DNA of 39,921 nucleotides from a virus (lineage: Duplodnaviria; Caudoviricetes). The stretch spans positions 1 through 39,921 of IMG/VR virus record IMGVR_UViG_3300037313_000660. One strand, given 5' to 3'. Both the position numbers and the translations under genes were made by a program. The notes beneath the pieces were generated by a model. It was not told the DNA's origin. It ran no database searches and saw nothing but the letters and a program-made list of their open reading frames with translations. Positions 1 to 8,839 of this stretch are shown in pieces. The number at the start of each line of letters is the position of its first letter. The first letter of the stretch is position 1.

Positions 1-318
1 CCAAGTAACCTTTGCGGTAGCTTCGTGCTTTCTCGCAGATTTTATTGGTTTGATTTTTTTATACTCAATTTCTTGTTCAGAAAGAAGAAGAAGGTCGTTG
101 TACTGTTTGTCTAGGGATTCGAAACGATTAAGGAGGGAGTTGTATTTGCTTTTGCTGTCTTCTAATCTGGCCTTATATTTCCGTTCTATTATGTCAATAT
201 CTATCGGCTCGTAGGAAAGTATTTTCTTAATATCACTTTCCTTTGAGTTTTTTAAGAATTCATAATATTCAGGTTTCCTAAAAAACTCTGGCAGGTCAAA
301 TCGGTTCCGTTTACTCAT
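1..318 (-). CDS. Partial ORF running off the left edge; possibly the N-terminus of a phage metallophosphoesterase
   Basis: Hand-translated and open from ATG 318 to position 1 (MSKRNRFDLPEFF...KHEATAKVTW). The coiled coil followed by EATAKVTW resembles the lead-in to the DxH motif of calcineurin-like phosphoesterases; the motif itself would lie outside the window. Confidence 0.5.
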   Translation of the reverse strand, partial: MSKRNRFDLPEFFRKPEYYEFLKNSKESDIKKILSYEPIDIDIIERKYKARLEDSKSKYNSLLNRFESLDKQYNDLLLLSEQEIEYKKIKPIKSARKHEATAKVTW

Positions 319-377
319 TAGCTTCTAAGTTTATAGGCCACATAGAAAATTAACATTAACAGTAATAGGCCTCCCAT
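318..377 (-). CDS. 19-aa hydrophobic micropeptide (MGGLLLLMLIFYVAYKLRS)
   Basis: Fills the gap between two genes exactly, with a TAATG stop/start overlap into the next ORF. Confidence 0.35.
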   Translation of the reverse strand: MGGLLLLMLIFYVAYKLRS

Positions 378-379
378 AT

Positions 380-859
380 TTATTTCACTGCTTTTATAAT
401 TAAGATTCCAACTAATGCCGCCTCTCCTACTCTTAAAGCTGTCTTTCCGAACTTCTTAATAAATAGACCGACCTTAGTTTTTTTCTTTTCTTCTACTCCG
501 GTACTGTCAGATTTAAATCCGGTATTGTCTTTATCAAGTTTGAATTTATTATCCTCAACTCTTCCGGAAGTATCAACCGTTTGGATATCCACCACATCCT
601 TTTTTTTATCGTATTCAATAGCAGTAATGATCTTTCCTGATTCTGCTTTCTTTCGAAGATTTTTGTCAGGCTCCTTCTGAACTTGCTTTTCAACAGGATC
701 AATGTTAGGAGTAACTGTGATATGTTTTACTTTAGAAACAGAATCTATTTTAGTAACATTATGATAATGTACTTCGGTTTTGAACTCCAACTTGAATATT
801 AACCAAGCAAGAAGTCCAAGACCTACGATAATATAAATATCTGTTTTTGTTAACTTCAT
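380..859 (-). CDS. Membrane-anchored lysis-region protein, spanin-like candidate
   Basis: N-terminal TM helix, charged middle region, hydrophobic C-terminus; lies downstream of the endolysin and holin genes. Confidence 0.45.
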   Translation of the reverse strand: MKLTKTDIYIIVGLGLLAWLIFKLEFKTEVHYHNVTKIDSVSKVKHITVTPNIDPVEKQVQKEPDKNLRKKAESGKIITAIEYDKKKDVVDIQTVDTSGRVEDNKFKLDKDNTGFKSDSTGVEEKKKTKVGLFIKKFGKTALRVGEAALVGILIIKAVK

Positions 860-1086
860 AAAGTATCTGACTTATCCTTGATTTTCTTCTCTAGGATCTC
901 TTCAAGCTTCCCAGCCGGAACCAAGAACAAAGAAAGCCCAACTAAGAACGCAATGATACATTCTGAGTTTTTACTCATGCTTGATGGATTTGGAAATACT
1001 ACTATTCCGAAGAAATGAAGTAGGACACAGACCATAATGATTAGTCCAAGTGTCGAGGTTACGTAGCCTTTATATATGTTGTTCAT
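856..1086 (-). CDS. Holin-like protein with 2 TM helices (likely start MNNIYKG at 1086)
   Basis: Two hydrophobic helices and a charged C-terminal tail, within the lysis cassette. Confidence 0.5.
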   Translation of the reverse strand: MNNIYKGYVTSTLGLIIMVCVLLHFFGIVVFPNPSSMSKNSECIIAFLVGLSLFLVPAGKLEEILEKKIKDKSDTL

Positions 1087-1151
1087 AAGTTTACAATTTG
1101 ACCCTGTATCTGAATCGAACAGATACAAGCACCATGCAGGGTAGTTTTTAG

Positions 1152-1388
1152 TTATGCATTCTCAGGTTTAGTTTCTGATTTTTTAATTGCATCCAATACA
1201 TCATCTAAATGCAGACATTCTTTTAAATTTGGACAAAGATCGTTTGGTGCTATTGGCGCAATTTTACCATTACAGAAATCATTTCCAGCAGTAGCATCAT
1301 ACAGGATACCTATAATAGGAGCTCCATATGAAGGAATTAGAACTACCTTATCTCCGTTTTTTGCTTCTCTTCCGTTTTTATAATGCAT
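1152..1388 (-). CDS. Hypothetical phage protein
   Basis: 78-aa ORF (MHYKNGREAKNGDKVV), co-oriented with neighbours. Confidence 0.7.
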   Translation of the reverse strand: MHYKNGREAKNGDKVVLIPSYGAPIIGILYDATAGNDFCNGKIAPIAPNDLCPNLKECLHLDDVLDAIKKSETKPENA

Positions 1389-1430
1389 ATAATTAATTCG
1401 GTTAACCTATTTGCCGAAAGGTTTATAATT

Positions 1431-1652
1431 TTAACATATTTGTTCTGTTCCGCATAATGGCGTGTCTATTTCTAAGGGAGGAAAAGAACTAGGCCATTTT
1501 TCTCCCTTGATGGGTCTATTATAAACAGGAGTTTCTTTCTTAAAGACTAATTGTAAGTGATCTTTAATAATTTCCCATTGTTCTTTTGTAGGTGCTCCCT
1601 GATTTATCTCTGCAAATCCTTGAAGCCAATAAGCAAATTGTTCTGGTGTCAT
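1431..1652 (-). CDS. Hypothetical phage protein (MTPEQFAYWLQGFAE type)
   Basis: N-terminal F-x-YWLQGF motif is familiar from small phage proteins; starts 2 nt after the endolysin stop. Confidence 0.75.
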   Translation of the reverse strand: MTPEQFAYWLQGFAEINQGAPTKEQWEIIKDHLQLVFKKETPVYNRPIKGEKWPSSFPPLEIDTPLCGTEQIC

Positions 1653-1654
1653 AT

Positions 1655-2176
1655 TTATTTTATTACCTCCAATGCTTTATTGTAAAATGATAATCTTGAA
1701 TCATAGTGTTTATATCCACCATTAATTCTGTGGGTGATTTCTTTAAAGTCTCCTTTGTCGGCCAATTCGTTTAATCCTTTAGTTTTCCAGAACCATGCAG
1801 AACTTTTACATCCATTTTCAGGAGTTTCTAATAATTCCGGTTTACTTACAAGATCTAACCCTAATGCTTTGCCACAATCACGATAATTATATTTGCCTGT
1901 AATTTGAAGCGGGCCTCTTCCTTTATACCTTACTCCGTCTCCAGGTGAAGTATTACCAAGGTCTTTGCGTCCTTCATATTCTTCTCCTGTTGCTAATTCA
2001 TGAGTATAAACTAAAGAACAACTTTCATGAGCTACTTGAGCAAGAAAGGCACAAACTCTTAATCTTGTGTTTATGTCGAACTCTCTCGTTGCTTCATTCA
2101 ACGGATCGACATACAAAACAAGTTTTTGCTTAATCGAAAATGGCATTATTGCCTTTAGTTGTTCGTATGTTATCAT
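1655..2176 (-). CDS. Endolysin, glycoside hydrolase family 19 (likely start MITYEQLK at 2176)
   Basis: GH19 motifs FLAQVAHES, YKGRGPLQITGKYNY, SAWFW and ITHRINGG. Confidence 0.92.
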   Translation of the reverse strand: MITYEQLKAIMPFSIKQKLVLYVDPLNEATREFDINTRLRVCAFLAQVAHESCSLVYTHELATGEEYEGRKDLGNTSPGDGVRYKGRGPLQITGKYNYRDCGKALGLDLVSKPELLETPENGCKSSAWFWKTKGLNELADKGDFKEITHRINGGYKHYDSRLSFYNKALEVIK

Positions 2177-2270
2177 TGTCAAATCCTCAAGTTTAATCAT
2201 TCTATAACAATACTGATAGTTATAAGTAAGCTCTCTTATATATACAAATCCTCCATATCCGATATAGAAC

Positions 2271-2459
2271 CTACTTTTTCTCACCTTTCTTTGATTTCAA
2301 GTATTCATGCCTCCACTTCCAGACATAATAACAAATAGTAAGAAATGTGAGGATTGCTCCTAAAACCTTGTCATAGTTAATAACTAGGTAACTTCCTATA
2401 TTAACAATAACTGTTTGAAGGAATAAATAAACCAAAGAATGTGGATGGTGTGACATCAC
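2271..2459 (-). CDS. Putative holin
   Basis: 62 aa, two hydrophobic segments and a basic C-terminus, directly upstream of the endolysin. Confidence 0.55.
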   Translation of the reverse strand: MMSHHPHSLVYLFLQTVIVNIGSYLVINYDKVLGAILTFLTICYYVWKWRHEYLKSKKGEKK

Positions 2460-2824
2460 TTAGGCTCCTCAATTGATTTGTCGCAAAACTTTTCTTCTAT
2501 AAAATCAAAGTCATAAACATTCTCACTTTGGAAGTCAAGAACCATTTCTAGCTTGCACCCTTCCCAATTAAAAGTGCTTTCGTCGTTTAAAAACTCTTCT
2601 TTTTCTTTTTCATCTTTAAGAGTACTCAATGTTTCTTCCACTTTGGAATATTCTTCTGCTAATTGCTTATGAATTTTCTGTAATCTATGTTTTACAGATG
2701 CCTTAAGATTCTCATGTAAAAGCCCTGATTCGGAGACAATTTTTCCGTCTTTAATTTGAAAGCTTTTTATGGTTAGCAATGCAAGCTTTAAATCACCTTT
2801 TTTAATTTTTACTTCCATTTTCAA
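2456..2824 (-). CDS. Hypothetical protein with coiled coil, downstream of the tail fibre
   Basis: 122-aa ORF with 4-nt overlaps on both sides. Confidence 0.7.
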   Translation of the reverse strand: MKMEVKIKKGDLKLALLTIKSFQIKDGKIVSESGLLHENLKASVKHRLQKIHKQLAEEYSKVEETLSTLKDEKEKEEFLNDESTFNWEGCKLEMVLDFQSENVYDFDFIEEKFCDKSIEEPK

Positions 2825-3369
2825 TTTATCTTATATTGATTAAATAATTTAGATGTATATAAGTCTAGCGGATTTATTCTAGGCCAGTCAGTAAATAATC
2901 TTTCTCTAGTGCCCTTATGATAAATATATCCTACTGCTTTAGTACAGAATACTTTTTTGTTTTTATTCCCTCCAATCCACACTCGTTCATCTGACCCTAA
3001 ATAGGCAGTCTCGGCAAGTAATCCAAGCCAGTCATAACTAGTGCCACAAAGTCCATTTGCGTAAGTAATTAGAATCTGTGAATCATAAACAAAATTTGGC
3101 CTTAAGATTAAAATATTGTCCTTAGTATTTTCTAGTAAGTACTGCTCTATCCTTTTTGTCCTATTAAAGCCATTTTCTGTAGCTTCATAAACATATTTTC
3201 CATCGATACATTCAACAACCAATAAACTATGACTATATCTACAATAAGGTCTTCCTAATAATCTATTCCAGATATTATCAAAGAACCTAATAAATGGAGC
3301 CAGCCATGTTCCAGGATCATTCCATTTGAAAGGAGTATATTGTAGTATGCAATCTCCGTGTTGTATCAT
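2821..3369 (-). CDS. Permuted papain-like amidase (YiiX/YebB-type NlpC/P60)
   Basis: GD near the N-terminus, His motif YSHS, YEA, YDW and C-terminal catalytic Cys in VFCTKAV: the permuted His-before-Cys order. Confidence 0.8.
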   Translation of the reverse strand: MIQHGDCILQYTPFKWNDPGTWLAPFIRFFDNIWNRLLGRPYCRYSHSLLVVECIDGKYVYEATENGFNRTKRIEQYLLENTKDNILILRPNFVYDSQILITYANGLCGTSYDWLGLLAETAYLGSDERVWIGGNKNKKVFCTKAVGYIYHKGTRERLFTDWPRINPLDLYTSKLFNQYKIN

Positions 3370-3791
3370 GATAATTGTTCTTTAATAATTATTTGATTCA
3401 AAAAGAACTGATAAAGAGCAAGCGGAACATTATTCAAATTCTTCCCTATGTTATTTATAAAGAACTGAGCCGATGAGATTGCCATTGGATCTGATTCTGT
3501 GGTATCTTGTCCATTTGAAGCATTTAAATATCTGTTGTCATCTGAAACAAATGTATACTCTTCATCAAAGCTCCAATTAGTCCTTCCTTTTGCTTTTACA
3601 AACTTGAAACATTTTATTTCAAATCTTCTAAACATTAAGCTTGGATAGAAATCAGTAACAATGCTTTGAAAAGTATTGCCATTACTATCGGTCCACTCAA
3701 TTCCCGGATGTGCGCCGTTTACATCTTCCTCGAAAACAGGAAAATTATTTACGTGAGTAGTGTATGAATAATATTTTATTGTGTATGCCAT
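3366..3791 (-). CDS. Hypothetical tail-associated protein
   Basis: 141-aa ORF directly after the tail fibre gene. Confidence 0.65.
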   Translation of the reverse strand: MAYTIKYYSYTTHVNNFPVFEEDVNGAHPGIEWTDSNGNTFQSIVTDFYPSLMFRRFEIKCFKFVKAKGRTNWSFDEEYTFVSDDNRYLNASNGQDTTESDPMAISSAQFFINNIGKNLNNVPLALYQFFLNQIIIKEQLS

Positions 3792-3793
3792 AT

Positions 3794-5725
3794 TTATACT
3801 ACTGTTTTAGTCACCCCACCTATTCTTGCCTTAAAGTTTGTCCCATCAAACCAGAAATCACCGTCATTTGGAGAAGTAGGCGCAGATCCAGAAATAAAAT
3901 TCATTGCTGCCTTTGCTGTTGTTGCTGCCGCAATTGTCAGGAATGCAGTTCCTAAACTTGATGTTCCTATTCCTGTATTCCCAGCCAAATAATTGCTCGC
4001 AGTTCCATCTGCATAAATATTCCATGCAGTTCCTCCTCCTAATGGTATTGTTGCAGATAATTGAGATCTTAAGCCATATATTTTACCCGAAACTGAGGTA
4101 ATAATTGGATTGGCATTAAACATTACTATATCACCATTACCAGAAGTACCAGATTGGTTGACAGCATAGTTTGCGTTAATGAAGTTAAAGTTTGCACTTC
4201 CAGAAGTAGGAGCAAAACTTCCCGTATATGGGACAATTATATTCCTCGTTCCTGAAGTTATTGTTATGTTAGTACTGTTACCAACCTGAAAAATATCTGC
4301 TGCTGCTGTTGATCTTATAACAACAGCCCCTGAAGGTTGCCATGTTACAGAACCTGAATTTAAAACAATGCCCGATGTAGATATTGTAGTAGGCGCAATA
4401 GTTAATGCTGTAAATCCTGCTCCTATTCTTAGGTTATTTCCTGAAGCAATTGTTAATGCATCCTTATATGTCGTATCTAATAATTGCAATGTTGCAACTT
4501 GTGTCGCACTACCAGTAAATGTTTGTTGTGCTGTCCATGATTGAGCAATATCTAAACCTGCTACTGTATAACTTAAATCTTGCCATGTGAAAACTCTATT
4601 AGATGTTAAAGTACCTGAAAAGCTTCTTCTAAAAGTATCAGTTCCTCCATCATTTTTAGTCCATCCGAAGTTTCCTGTAGATCCTGCCGATAATCTAAAC
4701 CCAGCTACCGAAGGAGCAGAAGGAGCAGAAGATTGAGCAATGAATTCACCATAGCCAGCACCAGCAGTTCCAGAAATTGCAAAAGATTTAATTCCGGTTA
4801 TACTGAAGGTTCCTACGCCCCAATCTCCTGTTAGTGCCCTTGTTCCATCTGCATATAAATAAGAAGATGCTAGTTTACCATCAGCTATACTTCCTGCTAA
4901 CATTGCATTGGTAATACCTAATGCCTTAACTGAAATAGTCTTAGCCGCACTTCCATCAAATGTAGTTCCTGAATTTAATTGAAGGCTTGAATTGTCTACA
5001 GATAAAGAGTTGGTTGTTGTGCCGCCTCCAGAGGCAGAGGCCCAAACGTAATTAGTACCATCATACTTTAAATAAGTATTAGTTCCTGGGGCTGAAGAAG
5101 GAAGTTTCGCAGTATATCCATGAGATATTAAATTTATATCTCCAGTTGTTGATTCAATGTTAACATTATCAGCACTAGAAGCAATATCAACAGCTCCAGG
5201 AGTAGAAAGTGAAATTATCTTCCCAGATACTACACTGAATATGGATATTCCGCTATTATCTACTTTTACTTGTCCTACGTTATTAAATCCTAATGCAGAA
5301 TAAGTAGGAGCCACACTTAACCATCCTTGTGTAAAATCAGTGGCAGCAGTAATATCAATTTCAGACCCTGATACTCCAGATATTAAACTAACATTTTTAA
5401 TATTGTGTCCATTGTGATCTGAATCTCCAGTCCATAAAACAGAACCGTCTTTTTTGATATATGGAGTAAAATCTATAGCTGAAACAGCAGAAGTTATTGA
5501 ATCGTCTACATACTTTTTATGTGTCAGATCTCCTGTGTTGGATATAGAAAATAAAGAAGAATATGTGAGTTTACCCTGAACGGTATCTCCAAGTATGTTA
5601 ATAGCAGAATCAGCCAAATCTAACAACTTTGACTGAAGAACAAGTCCAGTGACTAGCTCTGATCCATTATTGGTTATATCTGTGGTTATCTCATTGGATA
5701 AATCAGAATGATTCTTTACTGACAA
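3794..5725 (-). CDS. Tail fibre / receptor-binding protein
   Basis: 643 aa, rich in G/S/T/A beta-strands; fibre-type motifs THKKYVD, GITNAMLAGSIADGKL, GNTGIGTSS and PTSPNDGDFWFDG. Confidence 0.8.
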   Translation of the reverse strand: MSVKNHSDLSNEITTDITNNGSELVTGLVLQSKLLDLADSAINILGDTVQGKLTYSSLFSISNTGDLTHKKYVDDSITSAVSAIDFTPYIKKDGSVLWTGDSDHNGHNIKNVSLISGVSGSEIDITAATDFTQGWLSVAPTYSALGFNNVGQVKVDNSGISIFSVVSGKIISLSTPGAVDIASSADNVNIESTTGDINLISHGYTAKLPSSAPGTNTYLKYDGTNYVWASASGGGTTTNSLSVDNSSLQLNSGTTFDGSAAKTISVKALGITNAMLAGSIADGKLASSYLYADGTRALTGDWGVGTFSITGIKSFAISGTAGAGYGEFIAQSSAPSAPSVAGFRLSAGSTGNFGWTKNDGGTDTFRRSFSGTLTSNRVFTWQDLSYTVAGLDIAQSWTAQQTFTGSATQVATLQLLDTTYKDALTIASGNNLRIGAGFTALTIAPTTISTSGIVLNSGSVTWQPSGAVVIRSTAAADIFQVGNSTNITITSGTRNIIVPYTGSFAPTSGSANFNFINANYAVNQSGTSGNGDIVMFNANPIITSVSGKIYGLRSQLSATIPLGGGTAWNIYADGTASNYLAGNTGIGTSSLGTAFLTIAAATTAKAAMNFISGSAPTSPNDGDFWFDGTNFKARIGGVTKTVV

Positions 5726-6192
5726 CTTTCATAGCAATTATCTGTCTTGTAAAGTATTTGGTAATTAACCACGAATAAATTATTATGAAAATTAAATGTT
5801 TTTTTTGCCGTTTCTTCAGAGATGATTTTTTGTGCATCATCATCTTTATTCTTAATTGTTAACAGCCTAACATTGCTTAATCTATTTAAAATATGTTCAT
5901 CAAAATCTAATTGATTAGAAAAACATACAAGCCTAATTGAAGTAGTTGCATTATATAGTTTCTTTTTCCCTGGGGCTCTATCTTCTGTAAACTCCGTTCC
6001 TATTAAAACATGGTAAAAAGTTGAACTATATGTATCATCTACAATAACTTGATTTTTTGTTTCTATTTCAAATGTCTGAGTTTCGCTTTCTCTCACTGTT
6101 CTTTTACACAATCCAAACATTTTATAAGTATCCTTAATACCTATTATTAAGCTTTCATTTACTGACTTAATTTCATTTATTAAGGATTGCAT
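5716..6192 (-). CDS. Putative tail completion/terminator-like protein
   Basis: 158 aa, follows the neck-like gene; call is positional. Confidence 0.45.
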   Translation of the reverse strand: MQSLINEIKSVNESLIIGIKDTYKMFGLCKRTVRESETQTFEIETKNQVIVDDTYSSTFYHVLIGTEFTEDRAPGKKKLYNATTSIRLVCFSNQLDFDEHILNRLSNVRLLTIKNKDDDAQKIISEETAKKTFNFHNNLFVVNYQILYKTDNCYESCQ

Positions 6193-6640
6193 TGATTCTT
6201 TTTCTAATTATATCTTGAATTAATTTAGATTCGTCTTTTGATAATTGATAAATCTTTCCAAATCTTCGCTCGTTCCATTCAGCTTTGTCACTTGCTGTTT
6301 TGCCTCTAAATCCTATTACATAGCTTTTTTCACCTTCTGGAGCTAGTGTAAAGTCTCCCAACATATCCCCAGTAAATGTCTGGTCTATTATTTTAGTTTG
6401 AAGTCCTTTTGACGCTCTTTTTTTACCGTATTGATAACTATAAGCACCAAATCTTTTCTTCGAAGTAGTAGTTATTTTTGAGCCATCAGATTTTTTGCCA
6501 TCCTGTTGTACTCGATGAGAAATCAAAACTATGGCATCTAAGCAAACCTCTCTAAGAACTTTATCAAATTGAATAGCATTTTCTAGTTTAGTAGTTAATG
6601 TTTTTTTAACTTCTTCTAGGTTGCTATCTATTTTGAACAT
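6173..6640 (-). CDS. Putative neck / virion morphogenesis protein
   Basis: Basic 155-aa protein with Y..KKR..G....D.TFTGDML pattern resembling tail-completion proteins. Confidence 0.6.
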   Translation of the reverse strand: MFKIDSNLEEVKKTLTTKLENAIQFDKVLREVCLDAIVLISHRVQQDGKKSDGSKITTTSKKRFGAYSYQYGKKRASKGLQTKIIDQTFTGDMLGDFTLAPEGEKSYVIGFRGKTASDKAEWNERRFGKIYQLSKDESKLIQDIIRKRINAILNK

Positions 6641-6789
6641 TTTGGTTTAATCTTTACTTTTATTTTTTTTCCTTCTTCTTCTATAAAAGCTTTCTTTTTT
6701 ATATTCCCCTTCCCCATCTTTTGTTTATGATACTCTTGATGAATTTCAGAATTATCTTCTTCCCAACTTAATTCTATTACTTTTTTCAC
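6628..6789 (-). CDS. Small basic hypothetical protein (53 aa, GTG start)
   Basis: Hand-translated; GTGA overlap with the upstream stop, and it fills the intergenic gap. Confidence 0.4.
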   Translation of the reverse strand: MKKVIELSWEEDNSEIHQEYHKQKMGKGNIKKKAFIEEEGKKIKVKIKPKCSK

Positions 6790-7823
6790 GGCAATTGCGA
6801 TTTAGTAGTTACTTTAAATGTTTCTTCACAGTCAAAACACAATGACTCCCCATTGAGCGGAATAGCATTCAAAGCCCTTTTTAAATTACTCTTATATCTA
6901 TCTTCAAATATCAACCTGGTGTTTTCAGTTTGTTCTAAATTTGAAGCAGTATAAAAGTTTAATCTAGGGCTTGCTTGCTTATGAAGAAGCATTTCAGCTC
7001 CTAGTAAATATAATAAACTTGTCTTTAAAAATTCTCTGTTATCGTAAATAAATTGATCCACACTACATCTGATTTCTGCATCTACAGTTACTCCTTTTCC
7101 TAGTCCAGTTTTGTTGATATTTGAGAGCTGAAGTGTAGTATTTGGATCGTAAGTAGCAGGATAAAATTGGAAAACTCCTCTTATTGCGCCGTATCCAAAA
7201 GTGCTTTGCATTGCACATGCAAGATCTGCCGTATACCAGTAATAAAAGTCGTTAAGTGTCTGAATTGAATCGAAATTAGTAGTATCTACACCAATGAAGA
7301 ATTCTTGAATTCTGTATTTCATTGGGAACACTTGTTTGATTTCTACATAATTTAATCCAGGAACTAAATCAACAGACTGAGAATATAGTTCTACACCATC
7401 GTTAACATCCCAAACTTTCGCTGTCGTTGTAATGGTTTGATAAGAATAAACCCATAACCCGTTAAGTCTGTACTCGGTATATTTACTTTCCGGCACCATT
7501 TGATAAATCCCAGTATAAACAGGAGACTTATCAATTTTAATTAATTGGTTTACCTGACTTTTTAATAGTCTTCTTGTCTGGTAAATTATAGAGTTAAATT
7601 TGATGTACTCATAAAGAGTATTAATTACATCATCTTTTAATCTTAAAAAAGCATTTGCTTGAACATCCGACCAAACTCCAGCAAAATTTATTTCTTCAGA
7701 ATTAGCAATTTTATCCACTAACTCAGTACTCATTCCAGGAAGTTGATTAATATATAATCCACTCTCAGGAGTAGGTAAGTTACAGTTTTTTAACCCGATA
7801 TAATTTGTTAAGTCTAAAGACAT
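6786..7823 (-). CDS. Virion structural protein, possible head-tail adaptor
   Basis: 345 aa between tail tube and neck genes; helical C-terminal region. Confidence 0.55.
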   Translation of the reverse strand: MSLDLTNYIGLKNCNLPTPESGLYINQLPGMSTELVDKIANSEEINFAGVWSDVQANAFLRLKDDVINTLYEYIKFNSIIYQTRRLLKSQVNQLIKIDKSPVYTGIYQMVPESKYTEYRLNGLWVYSYQTITTTAKVWDVNDGVELYSQSVDLVPGLNYVEIKQVFPMKYRIQEFFIGVDTTNFDSIQTLNDFYYWYTADLACAMQSTFGYGAIRGVFQFYPATYDPNTTLQLSNINKTGLGKGVTVDAEIRCSVDQFIYDNREFLKTSLLYLLGAEMLLHKQASPRLNFYTASNLEQTENTRLIFEDRYKSNLKRALNAIPLNGESLCFDCEETFKVTTKSQLP

Positions 7824-7825
7824 AG

Positions 7826-7848
7826 AAAAAGCCCCGTGTTAAGGGGCT
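7826..7848 (-). terminator. Rho-independent terminator
   Basis: AGCCCC-N7-GGGGCT hairpin followed by a T-run on the minus strand, just after the 7854 stop. Confidence 0.75.
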
Positions 7849-7853
7849 ATTAA

Positions 7854-8798
7854 TTATGAAATGACAAATTTTACAGTTTTTTGACCTGCAACCCCTACAG
7901 AGTTAGCTCCTTTAATTACTACAATATAAGTTCCCACTGCTTGTGTAGCAGTACCTGTTAAAGTAATATAAGGCCCTGTATAAGATAAGGTCAAACCAGC
8001 TGGAAGTGAACCGTCAATTACTGAGACAGAACTTAAATTAAATCCAGTTTGCAAATGAGCGTTCAAAGAAGAACTGTTTCTTACTAGGTCAATCTCATCT
8101 GTAGAAGATGGGATAATCGTTCCAGTAGATCCAGAAAGATTACTAAAGCTTACTGCTGTTCCATCGAATAACTGTTGACAGTTAGACAATGAATCAACAT
8201 CAGCAGAATAATTAATAGGATTACTCTTATAGCTCCATGTTACACTTACTGAAGCCTCGATAAATGTTTGGTTATCGTCTGTAATTGTTCCTTTGGCTTC
8301 GATTGACAAGTAAGCATTGGTTTGAATCCATGCCTGAGTATCGGTAAAGAAATAAAGATCATAGTTTGCAGCTTGATCTTCCATGTCTGCCCAATACTGA
8401 ACATTTGAAACGTAATTAAAGTCAATAAATGTTAGTGTGTGTTTTTTGGCTAGTTTTCTTTGTACTTGTTTACCAAGACCTTTTCCAAAAGTTGCAGCAC
8501 CCCCATCGTAAGCACCTGAAACGTTTCTAATGACATAAGCAGTGCCAGCTAATTCGGCTGCTAGAATATCAGTAACAGAATTTGAAGTAGAAATTGATGT
8601 ACCTCTTTTTACAAAAGCAACATGTACAACTTTATTTCTTTCATCTGCAACGCAATCTTCACAGGCCCTAGCTGGAGTATTAAAGCAAGAGAAAAGCGTA
8701 GTAGCAAATCCAAACATTATAAGATTTGAATCTACACCTAAAATTGCAAGGGCTAATAATCCAATCATTAACCCCAAAACTATTTTTTTATCTTTCAT
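7854..8798 (-). CDS. Putative major tail tube protein with C-terminal Ig-like domain
   Basis: Follows the capsid gene; beta-rich core; C-terminal GSLPAGLTLS...LTGT...GTY.VVIKGANSVG is a He_PIG-like Ig fold pattern. Confidence 0.6.
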   Translation of the reverse strand: MKDKKIVLGLMIGLLALAILGVDSNLIMFGFATTLFSCFNTPARACEDCVADERNKVVHVAFVKRGTSISTSNSVTDILAAELAGTAYVIRNVSGAYDGGAATFGKGLGKQVQRKLAKKHTLTFIDFNYVSNVQYWADMEDQAANYDLYFFTDTQAWIQTNAYLSIEAKGTITDDNQTFIEASVSVTWSYKSNPINYSADVDSLSNCQQLFDGTAVSFSNLSGSTGTIIPSSTDEIDLVRNSSSLNAHLQTGFNLSSVSVIDGSLPAGLTLSYTGPYITLTGTATQAVGTYIVVIKGANSVGVAGQKTVKFVIS

Positions 8799-8809
8799 AG
8801 TTATGTTAT

Positions 8810-8827
8810 GGGGCCTGTTACGGCCCC
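8810..8827. promoter_or_regulatory. GC-rich hairpin between capsid and tail tube genes
   Basis: GGGGCC-tgttac-GGCCCC with no U-tract; possible mRNA stabiliser or attenuator. Confidence 0.5.
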
Positions 8828-8839
8828 GTTAGGTTAAGA

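Noticed and set aside
5240-5252. Partial self-match of the tract 1 gapped pattern (GGnATnTCnAT) in the tail fibre gene
   Set aside because: Only 4 of 10 dinucleotides match, which is expected by chance in 40 kb.
3366-5725. Diversity-generating retroelement acting on the tail fibre
   Set aside because: No reverse transcriptase gene in the window and no template/variable repeat pair noticed.
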